Source: Eledone cirrhosa (Eukaryota). From it: DNA of 64,000 nt. The DNA lies in NCBI GenBank assembly GCA_964016885.1, contig OZ024740.1, positions 157,790,001-157,854,000 on the forward strand, given 5' to 3'. The notes below the pieces were generated by a model. That model was not told the origin of the DNA and searched no databases. It worked only from the letters and a program-made list of their open reading frames with translations. Each line of letters starts with the position of its first letter. Within the stretch, counting starts at the first letter, position 1. Below are positions 12,738 through 24,936 of this stretch, piece after piece. The position numbers and the translations under genes were made by a program.

Positions 12738-12928
12738 CTGAATATAAATCGATTTTAGAATTGAAGAGCAAGGTTGAAAATCTTTGATCTAACGTATTTG
12801 TTTTTATAACGTAAACGCACTTATGTAAACATGTATGTATGTATATATAGTGTGTGGTTATGTGTATATATATGTATATATATATGTCTCTCTCTCTATA
12901 TATATATATTTATATATATATATATATG

Positions 12929-13046
<118 letters not shown>

Positions 13047-13286
13047 TGTGTATGTGTGTTTGTCTCTGTGCCTGTACATACGCAATGAATGAGAGCTATA
13101 AAAGACAATAGAAACGAGCAGGCAACATTAAAATAAGTTTATAGACGAAAACAATCGCCTGCGTAAACCCATAGATACAGAGTCACACATACATACACAC
13201 ACACAGACACACACACACATCCCCGCCACACACACTCATATATTGGCACAGATAAGATGATGGTTATGTTTCTCTTCGATGCGTAT

Positions 13287-13344
<58 letters not shown>

Positions 13345-13669
13345 CACCAACTCACACATATGTACACACACACATATTCGTGCACACGCATATACACACC
13401 TACACACAATTTCATAGTTAAACATATATAGAATATAGATATTCAGCAAGAAATATAGTAAAACAGAAAACATATTGAAATATCTAGTCTTATAAACACA
13501 TAATTACATACACACTTAAATATCTAAATACAGACATCAAAGACGCATATTTTCAAGACTCGCCATTTATAACATTTCTCCTTAATGCCATTTTTTTTTT
13601 ATCTGTTTCACATACTCCACACTATTTTCAAAGATAGTATAACATCATTTAAAAATATAACATTAATAT

Positions 13670-14395
13670 TATTGCCGGACAACATGATTCGCTGCATTTA
13701 TTTCGTCCTTTTTACATTCTCAGTTGAAATCCCATCGAATTTAAATTTGCCTTTCATGCTTTCGGGGTCGATAAAATCAAATGTCAGTAACGCACTGGGG
13801 TGAGTTTAATTGACTTTCTCCTCCCCTTCAAATTGCTGGCCTTGTGTCTAAATCAGAAACCCTTATTATTATTACTACGCCCTTTTATGGTCTGAGTTCA
13901 AATCCCGCCGAGGTTAACTTTGCCTTTCATCCTTACGGGGTCGATAAATAAAGAACAGGTAAGGCACTGGGATAATTGCTGGCCTTGTGCCAAAAGTAGA
14001 AACAATTTATTACTATGTCAGGGCTTGGATTGGCAGTATAGGTAGAGCGTCGCTTACTCTGTTTCGCGACAGAGTTCAAATCCCGACAAGGTTAACTTTG
14101 CCGTTCATCCTTACGGGGTCGATAAAATAAAGTACCAGTAATGTATTGGGATAATTACTGGCCTTGTGCCAAAAGTAGAAACAATTATTATTATCAAGAG
14201 TGCGGTGGATTGGCAGTATCGGTAGAACGTCGGACAACATGCTTTGTTTCATTGAGTTACGGCCCTTTACGTTCTGAGTTCAAATCTCGCCGAGGTTAGC
14301 TTTGTCTTTCATCCTTTCGGGGTCGATAAAATAAAACACCAGTCACGCACTGGGGTAGATTTAATCGACGTCCCCTCCCCCTTGTGCTTATTATT
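13670..14395 (+). mobile_element. Four head-to-tail tRNA-derived SINE copies (Nin-like core)
   Basis: Repeated GAGTTCAAATCCCGCCGAGGTTAACTTTGCCTTTCATCCTTWCGGGGTCGATAAAATAAAGTACCAG..GCTGGCCTTGTGCCAAAA..(ATT)n. Confidence 0.85.
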
Positions 14396-14922
14396 AGGAA
14401 TTTGATATCTCAGTCACTGATGTCATTTAACCGGAAAACTTTCCCAAATGAACATCTCCCAGCTACCTGCAGCCTCTGATGTTCAGGACGTATCGGAGGA
14501 TCCTTGTTGTTCTCAGTTTTCAAAGAGAAAAGTGTGTGTGTGGGGGGGGACTTATATTCTTTAACTAGTCATGGAAACTCTTCCAGATAGTACCTAGTGT
14601 TCCTGTGATGGTGATCTCATGACACTCCCAAATCCGTTTCAGTTCCCACATTAGATCCTGGTGCCAATTAATTTTCTCAATCTTTTTTTCTTAATCAAGC
14701 TACATCTATAACCAAGGAAGATGTTTTTTCATTGTCAAAAACCACTATGCCAGGCCTAGTTGGACACTATGTTTCGCGACATAGGGTTACCACTCATTAA
14801 GTTTTGGTGATTATTGTTGGTCACAAGCCTAAACCAGATGACCAGTAATCACATCAACCGCAGGTTTTATTTCAAAGGTTCCTCCTTTTAGAAGGATTCT
14901 GTAACAACCGTATATATATATA

Positions 14923-16015
14923 TACAAAGTGTTAAAGTGTTAAAACGATCAAATTTTAGTTTAGAAAATTTATTTGCTGACAATTGTTTCTTCCATAGGA
15001 AAGTCTGGAATCATCGGAGCATAGGGAATTTTGAAACATGTAACTAAAATCCTAGTCATTTAGAACATTTAGGGTACATAATTGTTTTTAGTGTCAAAGG
15101 CATAATGTGGAGAGTCAGGAGTTAAAAAGATCTTCTGCTTGAAAGAACACAATTACAGGCAGCACTGGTTGAAAGTGTAAGATGTATAAGCGAAAAGCAC
15201 AAGCAAAAAATACAGGCAAAAACGTAACAGGCAAGGAAAATTGGTGTACAATGCAGGAGTCAATACAGTCAATAAGGCATGTATGAGCAACGAGTTATAA
15301 TGCAGCTGAAATAAACATATTTTGTGTGGGGTGTTAAATCATGTTATAATTGTTATAAATGTTTAAGATAGTCTGCAATTTGTTAGAGAGGCATGTGGGG
15401 ATAATGCAGGTATTTGTTATGTAAGGTGTAATGCAAAGCACGTGCTAGAGTTGGATATGTGATTTTCATACAAGTGTTTTTGTGTTGTAGTTTGTATGTA
15501 TGTGTATATGTTGTTTGTAACTCACAGCTATTAACCATGGGATTATTTTGAGTCGTTTATAGTCAATAGGTGTTTGTTTGTTAAATGTAAATTCCACCGA
15601 ATTACTGGCCATGTTGTTATTGTAGGTATATTATCTTATGTATTTTTTATCTACAAATTATCATTTCTAGGGTTTGTATTAACCGTTATAACGCTGTTGG
15701 TAAACCGTTAGGCTGCTTAACTTTATGAGTTTACAATGGAAGTTGTAAAAGGGGTTAATAACAAAGGGAGGTAATTAAGGTTGTTGATAAATTAAGGGTT
15801 GTTTTAATATTGTAGTAGAGTCATAAATTAATCTTTATAGAGTATATAAAATATTATTGGTTGTATAATTGTTATTTTAAATTTTTTAAACTTGTGTGGA
15901 GGGAGTTAAAAACATTTTTAAAATTATTTTATTATTTTATTATAACTAGATAGTTTTTACATAGTTAGTATATGTATATATAATATAAGGTATATATATA
16001 TATATATGTGCGAGA

Positions 16016-16020
<5 letters not shown>
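14923..16020 (-). mobile_element. Left arm of a ~1.1-kb head-to-head pLTR-like inverted repeat
   Basis: Reverse complement of 18892-19993; carries an HHR at 14975-15021. Confidence 0.92.
14975..15021 (-). ncRNA. Minimal type-I hammerhead (U4C variant)
   Basis: TGCT-CCGATGA-TTCCA..TGGAA-GAAA-CAATTG-TC-AGCA on the minus strand. Confidence 0.75.
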
Positions 16021-16082
<62 letters not shown>

Positions 16083-16085
<3 letters not shown>

Positions 16086-16535
16086 TGGCTGCCAACTCGT
16101 TTTCGAGTACGGCCACTACTTTATATCCATGTAGGAGAACCCCTACCGATGCGCTGAACGAGTGTGACTTTTTAGTACAGCCAGCGACTTGTTAACTCTG
16201 GTACAAACACTACACTTGTGACAAGTATTGACACATAGTGCTGGGCCCATGGTACCATGTGACGACAAGTGTAGAGAGATCTCCAGATATAAAGCAATGC
16301 CTGTGCCGTGAAGCTTTTATAGTGATCAAAAGCACTGCACAAAGCCAGTCCCACTCTCTTAACCAAGATAATATTTACCAAAAAGAAGAACAAGTCAACA
16401 TCATTGGATACCATCAGGGTTGCAGGTGTTATATCAGAGTTTTCTTCTCCTAGAATTCTGCCTTGACAAAGGCTAAGGGGTCATCTCTCCCGGTGATTTT
16501 GATGGCCATTCACTCTTAAGAGCTCCTTTGCCCTT
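16083..16535 (-). mobile_element. ~450-bp non-autonomous RTE-derived element, copy 1
   Basis: Highly similar to 30228-30686; 3' end TGGCCGTACTCGAAAACGAGTTGGCAGCCACCA-(TA)n matches the RTE 3' end at 32520-32558. Confidence 0.85.
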
Positions 16536-16538
16536 ATA

Positions 16539-16577
<39 letters not shown>

Positions 16578-16579
<2 letters not shown>

Positions 16580-16942
16580 AAAGTTATATTTAAATTGTTG
16601 GGTTACAACGAGTAAATATTTATAACTGATATAAAAGCACTCAACAAGTATTTGGAGTATATTTACGATATTAAATAAATGGAAATTATATTTATAAAAC
16701 CATATTTATTTCATTATATATATTTCAGGGATATCATATTAACAATATGTTATGCCTTCTTCAGACAAAATACAATATAGACAGTCGATGTTGAAAGGTA
16801 TGTCGAATCTATTTATTTATAAGACTGTCTATATTGTATTTTGTCTGAAGAAGGCATAACATATTGTTAATATGATATCCCTGAAATATATATAATGAAA
16901 TAAATATGGTTTTATAAATATAATTTCCATTTATTTAATATC

Positions 16943-16945
<3 letters not shown>
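16578..16945. mobile_element. Fold-back pLTR insertion in (TA)n with an HHR in each arm
   Basis: 123-bp arms 16664-16786 / 16823-16945; related to 23875-24110. Confidence 0.92.
16837..16902 (+). ncRNA. Minimal type-I hammerhead (mirror copy 16707-16772, minus)
   Basis: TATTTTGT-CTGAAGA-AGG..CCT-GAAA-TATATA-TA-ATGAAATA; 8-bp stem I with two GU pairs. Confidence 0.75.
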
Positions 16946-17021
<76 letters not shown>

Positions 17022-17023
17022 CA

Positions 17024-17157
<134 letters not shown>

Positions 17158-17170
17158 TAGATAAATATAC

Positions 17171-17545
17171 ACGGGTGTGTATGATTGTGTATAGAAGATT
17201 ATATTAATAAGAGGAATTCCAACTTTGTCTGATTTACTCGTTTTATCTACAATCCTTTAAAATTTATAATGGTATTATAATGAAATAGTATGATAGAATA
17301 TTAAATGTTAAGTGTTAATTGAACAAGTACTTTCATGCTTTCGCAATCTTCAGGTTCATAATGTGTGGTGACAGTCAAGTTTGCAATTTTCAACTGTCAG
17401 TTGAAAATTGCAAACTTGACTGTCACCACACATTATGAACCTGAAGATTGCGAAAGCATGAAAGTACTTGTTCAATTAACACTTAAATTTTAAAGGATCG
17501 TAAATAAAGCGAGGAAATCAGACAAAGTTGGAATTCCTCTTATTA
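17171..17545. mobile_element. Fold-back pLTR insertion with an HHR in each arm
   Basis: Arms 17205-17396 / 17398-17545, single-base apex at 17397, ~44-bp deletion in the right arm. Confidence 0.92.
17436..17474 (+). ncRNA. Minimal type-I hammerhead, U.U variant (mirror copy 17320-17358, minus)
   Basis: TGAAC-CTGAAGA-T-TGC-GAAA-GCA-T-GAAA-GTAC-TT-GTTCA. Confidence 0.8.
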
Positions 17546-17643
<98 letters not shown>

Positions 17644-17662
17644 CTATATATATATATATATA

Positions 17663-18295
17663 CAGATTGTGTAGAGAGAGTTGAAGTTTTTTATGACAGG
17701 ATAGTGAGTTTCATAATATATACTGAAGTAATTGGTGTTATATACACAGTTGTTTGGTAGTTAGTTGGTGTTGTATATTGAGATTATATTAGAGTGTCTA
17801 TATTATTTAAATATTTTAATTGTATAAGGTAAGAGATCAAACCTTTGCATCCTCGAGTTTAGAAAAATCATTCACTCTAATCTTAGCCTGCTAAATAGGA
17901 AATCAGAGATCTTCTCCACGTGTCCACATTACCTTAGATTCTTGTTCCATTACTTCAAACCTAGTAAATAATATTAATAATAATAAAAATAAAGACCAAT
18001 GTCGGAGATAACACTAGACCACCACCTTTTAATTTATCCAATTAGACCTTCATGAATATAGGACTACACCTTAATTAAAAGACCACACTAACCTACATAC
18101 AGTCAATAAACCCCTGTTTGATCTCTTACCTTATACAATTAAAATATTTAAATAATTTAAGCACTCTAATATAATCTCAATATACAACACCAACTAACTA
18201 CCAAACGACTGTGTATATAACACCAATTACTCCAGTATATATTATGCAACTCACTATCCTTTCATAAAAAACTTCAACTCTCTCTACACAATCTG
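17663..18295 (+). mobile_element. 5'-truncated Penelope-like element with inverted upstream copy of its 3' UTR
   Basis: 180-bp arms 17663-17842 / 18116-18295; spacer 17843-17971 encodes LCILEFRKIIHSNLSLLNRKSEIFSTCPH..*, matching the C-termini of the PLEs at 26.7 kb and 54.9 kb. Confidence 0.85.
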
Positions 18296-18306
18296 TATAT
18301 ATAGAG

Positions 18307-18380
<74 letters not shown>

Positions 18381-18385
<5 letters not shown>

Positions 18386-18803
18386 AAAGAATAGAGGTGT
18401 AACACACAAGTTATTATATATTGGTAAACGGAATAGAAAATGCTGACAAATTGTTCACAGTTGAAAAATGGTTTAATTAGGAATAAAAGAGTATTAGTGA
18501 TTGTATGGGTTAGTATTCAGTTGTGGTTTTAAGTTTTTAAGTTTTTACCGGTTGCGCATTTCTAAATGCTTTTCAAAAATAATTTTGAGATAGAGTGTCC
18601 GTGCTGTTTGATCAGAGCAAACAGCACGGACACTCTATCTCAAAATTATTTTTGAAAAGCATTTAGAAATGCGCAACCGGTAAAAACTTAAAAACTTAAA
18701 ACCACAACTGAATACTAACCCATACAATCACTAATACTCTTTTATTCCTAATTAAACCATTTTTCAACTGTGATCAATTTGTCAGCATTTTCTATTCCGT
18801 TTA

Positions 18804-18807
<4 letters not shown>
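18381..18807. mobile_element. Fold-back insertion in (TA)n with a variant HHR-like motif (18649-18685)
   Basis: 190-bp arms 18421-18610 / 18618-18807, 7-nt loop. Confidence 0.92.
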
Positions 18808-18891
<84 letters not shown>

Positions 18892-18893
<2 letters not shown>

Positions 18894-20075
18894 CATTCTC
18901 GCACATATATATATATATACCTTATATTATATATACATATACTAACTATGTAAAAATTATCTAGTTATAATAAAATAATAAAATAATTTAAAAAAAATGT
19001 TTTTAACTCCCTCCGCAAAAGTTTAAAAAATTTAAAATAACAATTATACAACCAATAATATTTTATATACTCTATAAAGATTAATTTATGACTCTACTAC
19101 AATATTAAAACAACCCTTAATTTATCAACAACCTTAATTACCTCCCTTTGTTATTAACCCCCTTTACAACTTCCATTGTAAACTCATAAAGTTAAGCAAC
19201 CTAACGGTTTACCAACAGCGTTATAACGGTTAATACAAACCCTAGAAATGATAATTTGTAAATAAAAAATGCATATGATAATATACCTACAATAACAACA
19301 TGGCCAGTAATTCGGTGGAATTTACATTTAACAAACAAACACCTATTGACTATAAACGACTCAAAATAACCCCATGGTTAATAGCTGTGAGTTACAAACA
19401 ACATATACACATACATACAAACTACAACGCAAAAACACTTGTATGAAAATCACATATCCAACTCTAGCACGTGCTTTGCATTACACCTTACATAACAAAT
19501 ACCTGCATTATCCCCACATGCCTCTCTAACTTTGCATTATCCCCACATGCCTCTTTAACAAATTGCACACTATCTTAAACATTTATAACAATTATAACAT
19601 GCTTTAACACCCCACACAACATATGTTTATTTCAACTGCATTATAACTCGTTGCTCATACATGCCTTATTGACTGTATTGACTCCTGCATTGTACACCAA
19701 TTTTCCTTGCTTGTAACTTTTTTGCCTGTATTTTTGCTTGTGATTTTCGCTTATACATCTTACACTTTCAACCAGTGCTGCCTGTAAGTGTGTTCTTTTT
19801 AACTCCTGACTCTCCACATTATGCCTTTGACACTAAAATCAATTATGTACCCTAAATGTTCTAAATGACTAGGATTTTAGTTACATGTTTCGAAATTCCC
19901 TATGCTCCGATGATTCCAGACTTCCCTCTGGAAGAAACAATTGTCAGCAAATAAATGTTCTAAACTAAAATTTAATCATTTTAACACTTTGTATCTCTGC
20001 TCTGTAAAACACTTGAAAATTAGCATTGAGCCTTTTGTCATACCGGTAACTGGCTAGTACTTAGTACTACCCTCT
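18892..20075 (+). mobile_element. Right (longer) arm of the ~1.1-kb pLTR-like inverted repeat
   Basis: Reverse complement of 14923-16020 plus an ~80-bp unpaired 3' extension. Confidence 0.92.
19903..19949 (+). ncRNA. Minimal type-I hammerhead (U4C variant)
   Basis: TGCT-CCGATGA-TTCCAGA-CTTCCC-TCTGGAA-GAAA-CAATTG-TC-AGCA, followed by AATAAA. Confidence 0.8.
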
Positions 20076-20120
20076 ATATTTATAGTTGTATGAAACAAAT
20101 ATAAATATAAATATTCTTAC

Positions 20121-20182
<62 letters not shown>

Positions 20183-20183
20183 A

Positions 20184-20230
<47 letters not shown>

Positions 20231-20233
<3 letters not shown>

Positions 20234-20666
20234 AAGGCAGGGTAGACACACGATAATTAAAAATATAAATTAAAGTGTAAATACGTACCTCTATAACTAT
20301 ATAATACGTTGAGTCGTCTGAAATGTATAGCCTTACACACGCTGATAGACCATGGGCTTTTTCATTTCTGTCAACAACTGATTGGCGAAACAGATCTCTT
20401 TGGATTTGTACGTGTGTTATATAGTTATAGAGGTACGTATTTACACTTTAATTTATATTTTTAATTCTCGTATGTCTACCCTGCCTTTCATAGGTTATAG
20501 ATTCCATACACTGGTGGTTTTTTCCCTGTTTTATTGATGGCGCACTATATCTCTCTCTAGTGTGTTACCTTTTCAACATATTGTATTTTAAAGAGCTCAG
20601 GATTCCTTCTCCTTTGAGCACATTATTTACAGGGAATAGCGAGAGTCTATGGCTTCGTTAGTTTAT

Positions 20667-20670
<4 letters not shown>
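20231..20670 (+). mobile_element. Fold-back insertion in (TA)n, same family as 48936-49257
   Basis: 74-bp arms 20231-20304 / 20417-20490; 3' end GTTAGTTTATCGTG-(AT)n shared with 49257. Confidence 0.88.
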
Positions 20671-20707
<37 letters not shown>

Positions 20708-20813
20708 TATGTATATATATATTGAAGACCATTGGCTATGAGTTTTAAAGTAGTGACTATGTCACTCACTCAGTTTTGGATTACCTCCTTGATTTAACTT
20801 TATTATGTAAGAC

Positions 20814-20891
20814 GCTGTCTGATGAGATCATAGCACTGGGTACTACGCCGAATCGCAGGGCCACTGTCCTCATCGAAATATGCATCACAGC
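20814..20891 (+). ncRNA. Type-I hammerhead with canonical core, in element 20722-20935
   Basis: GCTGT-CTGATGA-GAT..ATC-GAAA-TATGCA-TC-ACAGC, followed by AATAAA; 20722-20757 matches 59083-59117. Confidence 0.82.
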
Positions 20892-20965
20892 CTTATCAAT
20901 AAAGGACGTTATCAATTACATCAATGTGTTACAATATATATATATATGTATATATATATATATGA

Positions 20966-21309
20966 GAATTTCGTATTTCTAAAGAATTACGGTATGTTTA
21001 TAAATAAACATTTAGAAAGCCATAGCTGTGGAAACACAGGTGACTGTCGCCACCTGGCTGTGTCCAGCAGAAGCAAGGGGGACAATTGTCGATGCATTTC
21101 GAACTGAACTGGTTCTCACCAGGATGACTCCCTCCACTCTTGCAACTGCTGGACTTGAAAACAGGCGAGAATATACAGTTTTCTCGTGTGTGTAAATGAG
21201 GTGATTAATCTCACTTGCCAGGTGGCGACAGCCGCTGGTGTTTGCATAGCTACGTCTTTGTAAATGTTTATTTATAAACATACCGTATTTCTTTAGAAAT
21301 ACGAAATTC
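20966..21309. mobile_element. MITE-like element with 93-bp terminal inverted repeats
   Basis: 20966-21058 / 21217-21309 imperfect inverted repeats, inner inverted pair, no ORF. Confidence 0.75.
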
Positions 21310-22230
21310 CAATACATATCTGTATGCAGCTATGCTCAAAGCTAAATTCTAATTCTATATATACATATATATATTTATTAGGTAGCTTAGTTGTTGGAAT
21401 TTTAGACTCTCGATGGCGCATTGTGTCGCAAAGCAATTATTTTCCTTTGCTCCAGTTTATTCAGATGCAAAAAGTCAATTTTGCCTCTAATTCAAAAACC
21501 AGCCTTGTCTTATAACACAATATCACGATGAATCTCTCTGAAAACTGCGTGTCTGTATATGTGTATGTAGAATGATATGTCTCTTGCACGTTAATTGTAT
21601 ATGTAGGCTGATCCATTGCTCAAACAACTGCTACACATATCGTTGAAACCGACAGTGGTGCATTCCATTAAATACATACATAAACATTTACATATATACA
21701 TATTCGACACATTGCAATGAGGAGATAATGGAAGATATGTGTTAACAACTAAAAGACAACACAATATAACAAAACAATTATAATTGCTTTGTTTTAAAAT
21801 GTTTTTGTTAAACAAATAGAAACACATTGCAGAGAAGATCATTAAAAACATTGTCATTCTATTATTCTATATTCTCCTAATATTTATCGATTTTTCGTAC
21901 AGATAAACGAATATGTAATGATTGAAATGTTCAAATTTTTGATGGATGACAGTATATGGCTAGCAGCTGTCAGAATGACTTAACAAGCAAACGACAAGTT
22001 AATAGCAATATAATGGAGTCAACATGGTTTCTTGCTAAAATATAAAAATAAAATATGTAAAATAAAACTTAAAATGAAAGGTTAAAAGATAGAAATATAG
22101 TCTAAGAAATAAAAAGATTACATTTGTTGTACTTGTTTGGTAAGTTTGTTGGCTAAGAAATCGTGTTTTGGGACTGATACATTTACATCGGAGCTATCTC
22201 ATTGTTGTGCTAAGTTAAAAAGACATGTAT

Positions 22231-22486
22231 TCTTCTTCTTCTTTTTCTTCTTCTTCTTCTTCTTCTTCTTGAGAAGGTCGTGGATGTAGAATCTTCAAAC
22301 ACTACTTCAAGCGGGTCCTTTCAGAAGCAATCGTCTCCAACTGATCCAGCAGCATCCCCAAGCGTGGCTAGCCAAGCTCATGGATGTTATCTAACCATCT
22401 TGTTCGGGGTCTCCTGTCAGTTGGTTTTGCCGTAAAATCTGTCTAGCGATACTTTCCTGAGATATTCTAATAACATTTATCTTACC
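22231..22486 (-). mobile_element. RTE-type LINE 3' end with (GAA)n tail
   Basis: Homologous to 45620-45850. Confidence 0.75.
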
Positions 22487-22599
22487 ATACATTCCGTTTG
22501 TGTGTGAATGTGAGTGTATGTGAATTTGTGTATGCGTGTGTATACGTTTATATATGTGGCTCTGCTATTTGACGCAATCTTTTCTATTTAGATATTTGT

Positions 22600-22900
22600 G
22601 GAATGGTTTCAATCCTTATGCTCTGTTCTTTTTCTCGCTTGCTTTCCACTTTAAATGTTTTTGTAGAAATTTGGGGTAGAGTATCAATTTTTTATATGTT
22701 TCTGATCCGTTAGTCAATGAGGGAAACGTTTTCTTTTTGACATGATTAACAACTTGGGCAATAATGCCTTTAGAATAAGAACGTAAAAGGAGACGTGAGC
22801 GACATCCTTGACGGAGCGAGCGCATGATACTAACCACTGAGCAGTTATCGCTGTACATTGCAGCGACCCATCACCTAAAGACGGGTCCAAAACCAACTGC
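22600..22900 (-). mobile_element. Degenerate L1/Tx1-like RT fragment
   Basis: RSLRQGC motif in ORF 22616..22858; heavily decayed. Confidence 0.4.
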
Positions 22901-22929
22901 TCTAAAGGCAGCTACAAAGTAGCGATGAT

Positions 22930-23850
22930 TTAACTTGATCAGGACTCCACCCTGCAGGTAACTTGTTTACCCTCTCTATGATGTACCACATAAAGTGAAG
23001 GTTGTCATAAAAATCGAAAAGATAGTGTGGGCAGGTCATAGAAACTTTTATCAAAAGTGTTTAAGACGAATCCTCAACATCAAGTAGCAGCAAAAGATAC
23101 CTGACACATACATTCTTAAAGATGCTGGATGCACAAGCATTGAACTTGTCATCATATTCTCTCAAATGCGTTAAGCCGGTCATGTTGAACGTATGGATGA
23201 TGATAGACTCCCAAAACAACTATTTTTACAGCCAATTGTACACTGGAAAACACCCTCAGCACAAACCAAGACACAGCTATAAAGACTATGAAATCAACTT
23301 TAAGGATTTAAAGATGGAAGTTCAGAACTGGGAAACGCTGGCTATAAAGAGGTCTGAATGGGGAGGACATGTGAAGGAAGGCTGCAGAATGTTTGAAGAG
23401 AGATGACGTCTTCGCCATGAAAGATTTCAGCGTCAACTTAGAATAAGCCGCAGTATGAACCTCAATAATAACGTAGGGAGCTGGAAATATGAATGTGTGG
23501 TTGTCTAATGCTTTCTAAATATGGGTACAACATTCAGCTAAAATCACATGAAAGACCAACTGTATGCAAAACTATCCCTACAATGCTAGGTGAGACATGT
23601 GTGACTTGAGGAAAAATCTGCAAATCAATTTCTAATATTAAAAGATATATGAGAGTACATAAGGATGACATCCCACAAACAGACCCAACAGGAACATCTT
23701 TTGTCTGCCACATTTGCTGCAGACTGTGTAAATCTGCAGCTGGACTTAAAAGTCACCAAAGAAAGATCATGAACAGACGTTTGGGGGTGGTGACAGTATA
23801 GGGAGTTTACAGAGAGACAGTCATCATCTACAAAGATGAAGTGTTCACCA
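22930..23850 (+). mobile_element. Degenerate RTE (BovB-like) 3' portion
   Basis: PKQLF.SQLYTGKHPQHKPRHSYKD resembles [25 protein letters not shown] of the 33-kb ORF; relic C2H2 fingers; ends CACCA-(TA)n. Confidence 0.8.
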
Positions 23851-24005
23851 TATATGTATATATATATATATATGTAGAAGTTATATTTAATTTGTTGGGA
23901 TACAACAAGCAAATATTTTTATAACTGATATAAAGCACTCAACAAATTATTGGAGTAAAAATACGATATATTAACAAATGGAAACTATATTTATAAAACC
24001 ATATT

Positions 24006-24070
24006 TATTGCATTATACATATTTCAAGGACACCAAGTCAAATTATGGTGTGCTTTCATCAGATAAAATA
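24006..24070 (-). ncRNA. Minimal type-I hammerhead in pLTR remnant 23875-24320
   Basis: TATTTTAT-CTGATGA-AAG.CACCA..TGGTG.CTT-GAAA-TATGTA-TA-ATGCAATA; diverged homologue of 16837-16902. Confidence 0.75.
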
Positions 24071-24318
24071 TAATATAGATCAGTTTTATAAATAAATATT
24101 GACATACCCTTAAAGAATGCGACCATTTCTGTTAGAAGCTCCCGGATAGTGGGGTTACTAAATTTATTTAGTCTATTATGCAAATTAGTGTCGGATATGT
24201 TTAAATCACAGTAGATTTAAAATAGGCCGTTGGAGTATGGAAAAAGAAAAACGGAAAAGAGAAAGAAAAAGAGAAACAGAAAGAGCAAACTCTAAGAAGG
24301 AAAAGAAAAGAAAGAGTA

Positions 24319-24389
<71 letters not shown>

Positions 24390-24416
24390 TATTAACACAA
24401 CAGTTAGTTCACCATA

Positions 24417-24457
24417 CCGAGAACAATTGTTTCACCTTATGCGGATCTTCAGCTCGG
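24417..24457 (-). ncRNA. Minimal type-I hammerhead, U.U variant, in PLE1 pLTR
   Basis: CCGAG-CTGAAGA-T-CC-GCATAA-GG-T-GAAA-CAATTG-TT-CTCGG. Confidence 0.8.
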
Positions 24458-24936
24458 ACTGGTAATGGTTATACGGAACAGGAAGAACAACCGTATAAAC
24501 ACGCATGCGCAGAAACGGTCACTTCACCCAAGCGATACAAAGCCACGGTCGAAAGGTGTAAGGGATATAACTGCGAATGTCCGGAAGAAAATGTTCAAGT
24601 TGATTAGAGAATTAGAATGCTGTTGTTATTCAATCCGGAGCTTTGTAGTTATGCAAGAGGTGTTTCCAGACAGGTGGACAACGTGAGATTTCATTTCTTG
24701 AATTTAGACAATTGCTATTGCGTAATCTCCTTAGAATATTTATCCTTTCTTCAATATACAGTCCACAAGACGGATTACCCCTTGCGTATGGCTTGGACTT
24801 AGTGATAGCTTTCCATTGAAAGGAGTAGTCTATACCTGAGTCTTTGAGGGACCATACGTGGCTCGCGAGCTTCGTCGATGATCGTTTTTCCGGGTACCTA
24901 AAGGTCGACTGATGGTTCAGGAAGCATTCCTTAAAT

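Noticed and set aside
13670-14395. CRISPR-like repeat array
   Set aside because: Eukaryotic context; units are long diverged SINEs, not short repeats with unique spacers
14400-14910. Possible LINE or SINE-related fragment
   Set aside because: No second copy or peptide motif in the window to support a call
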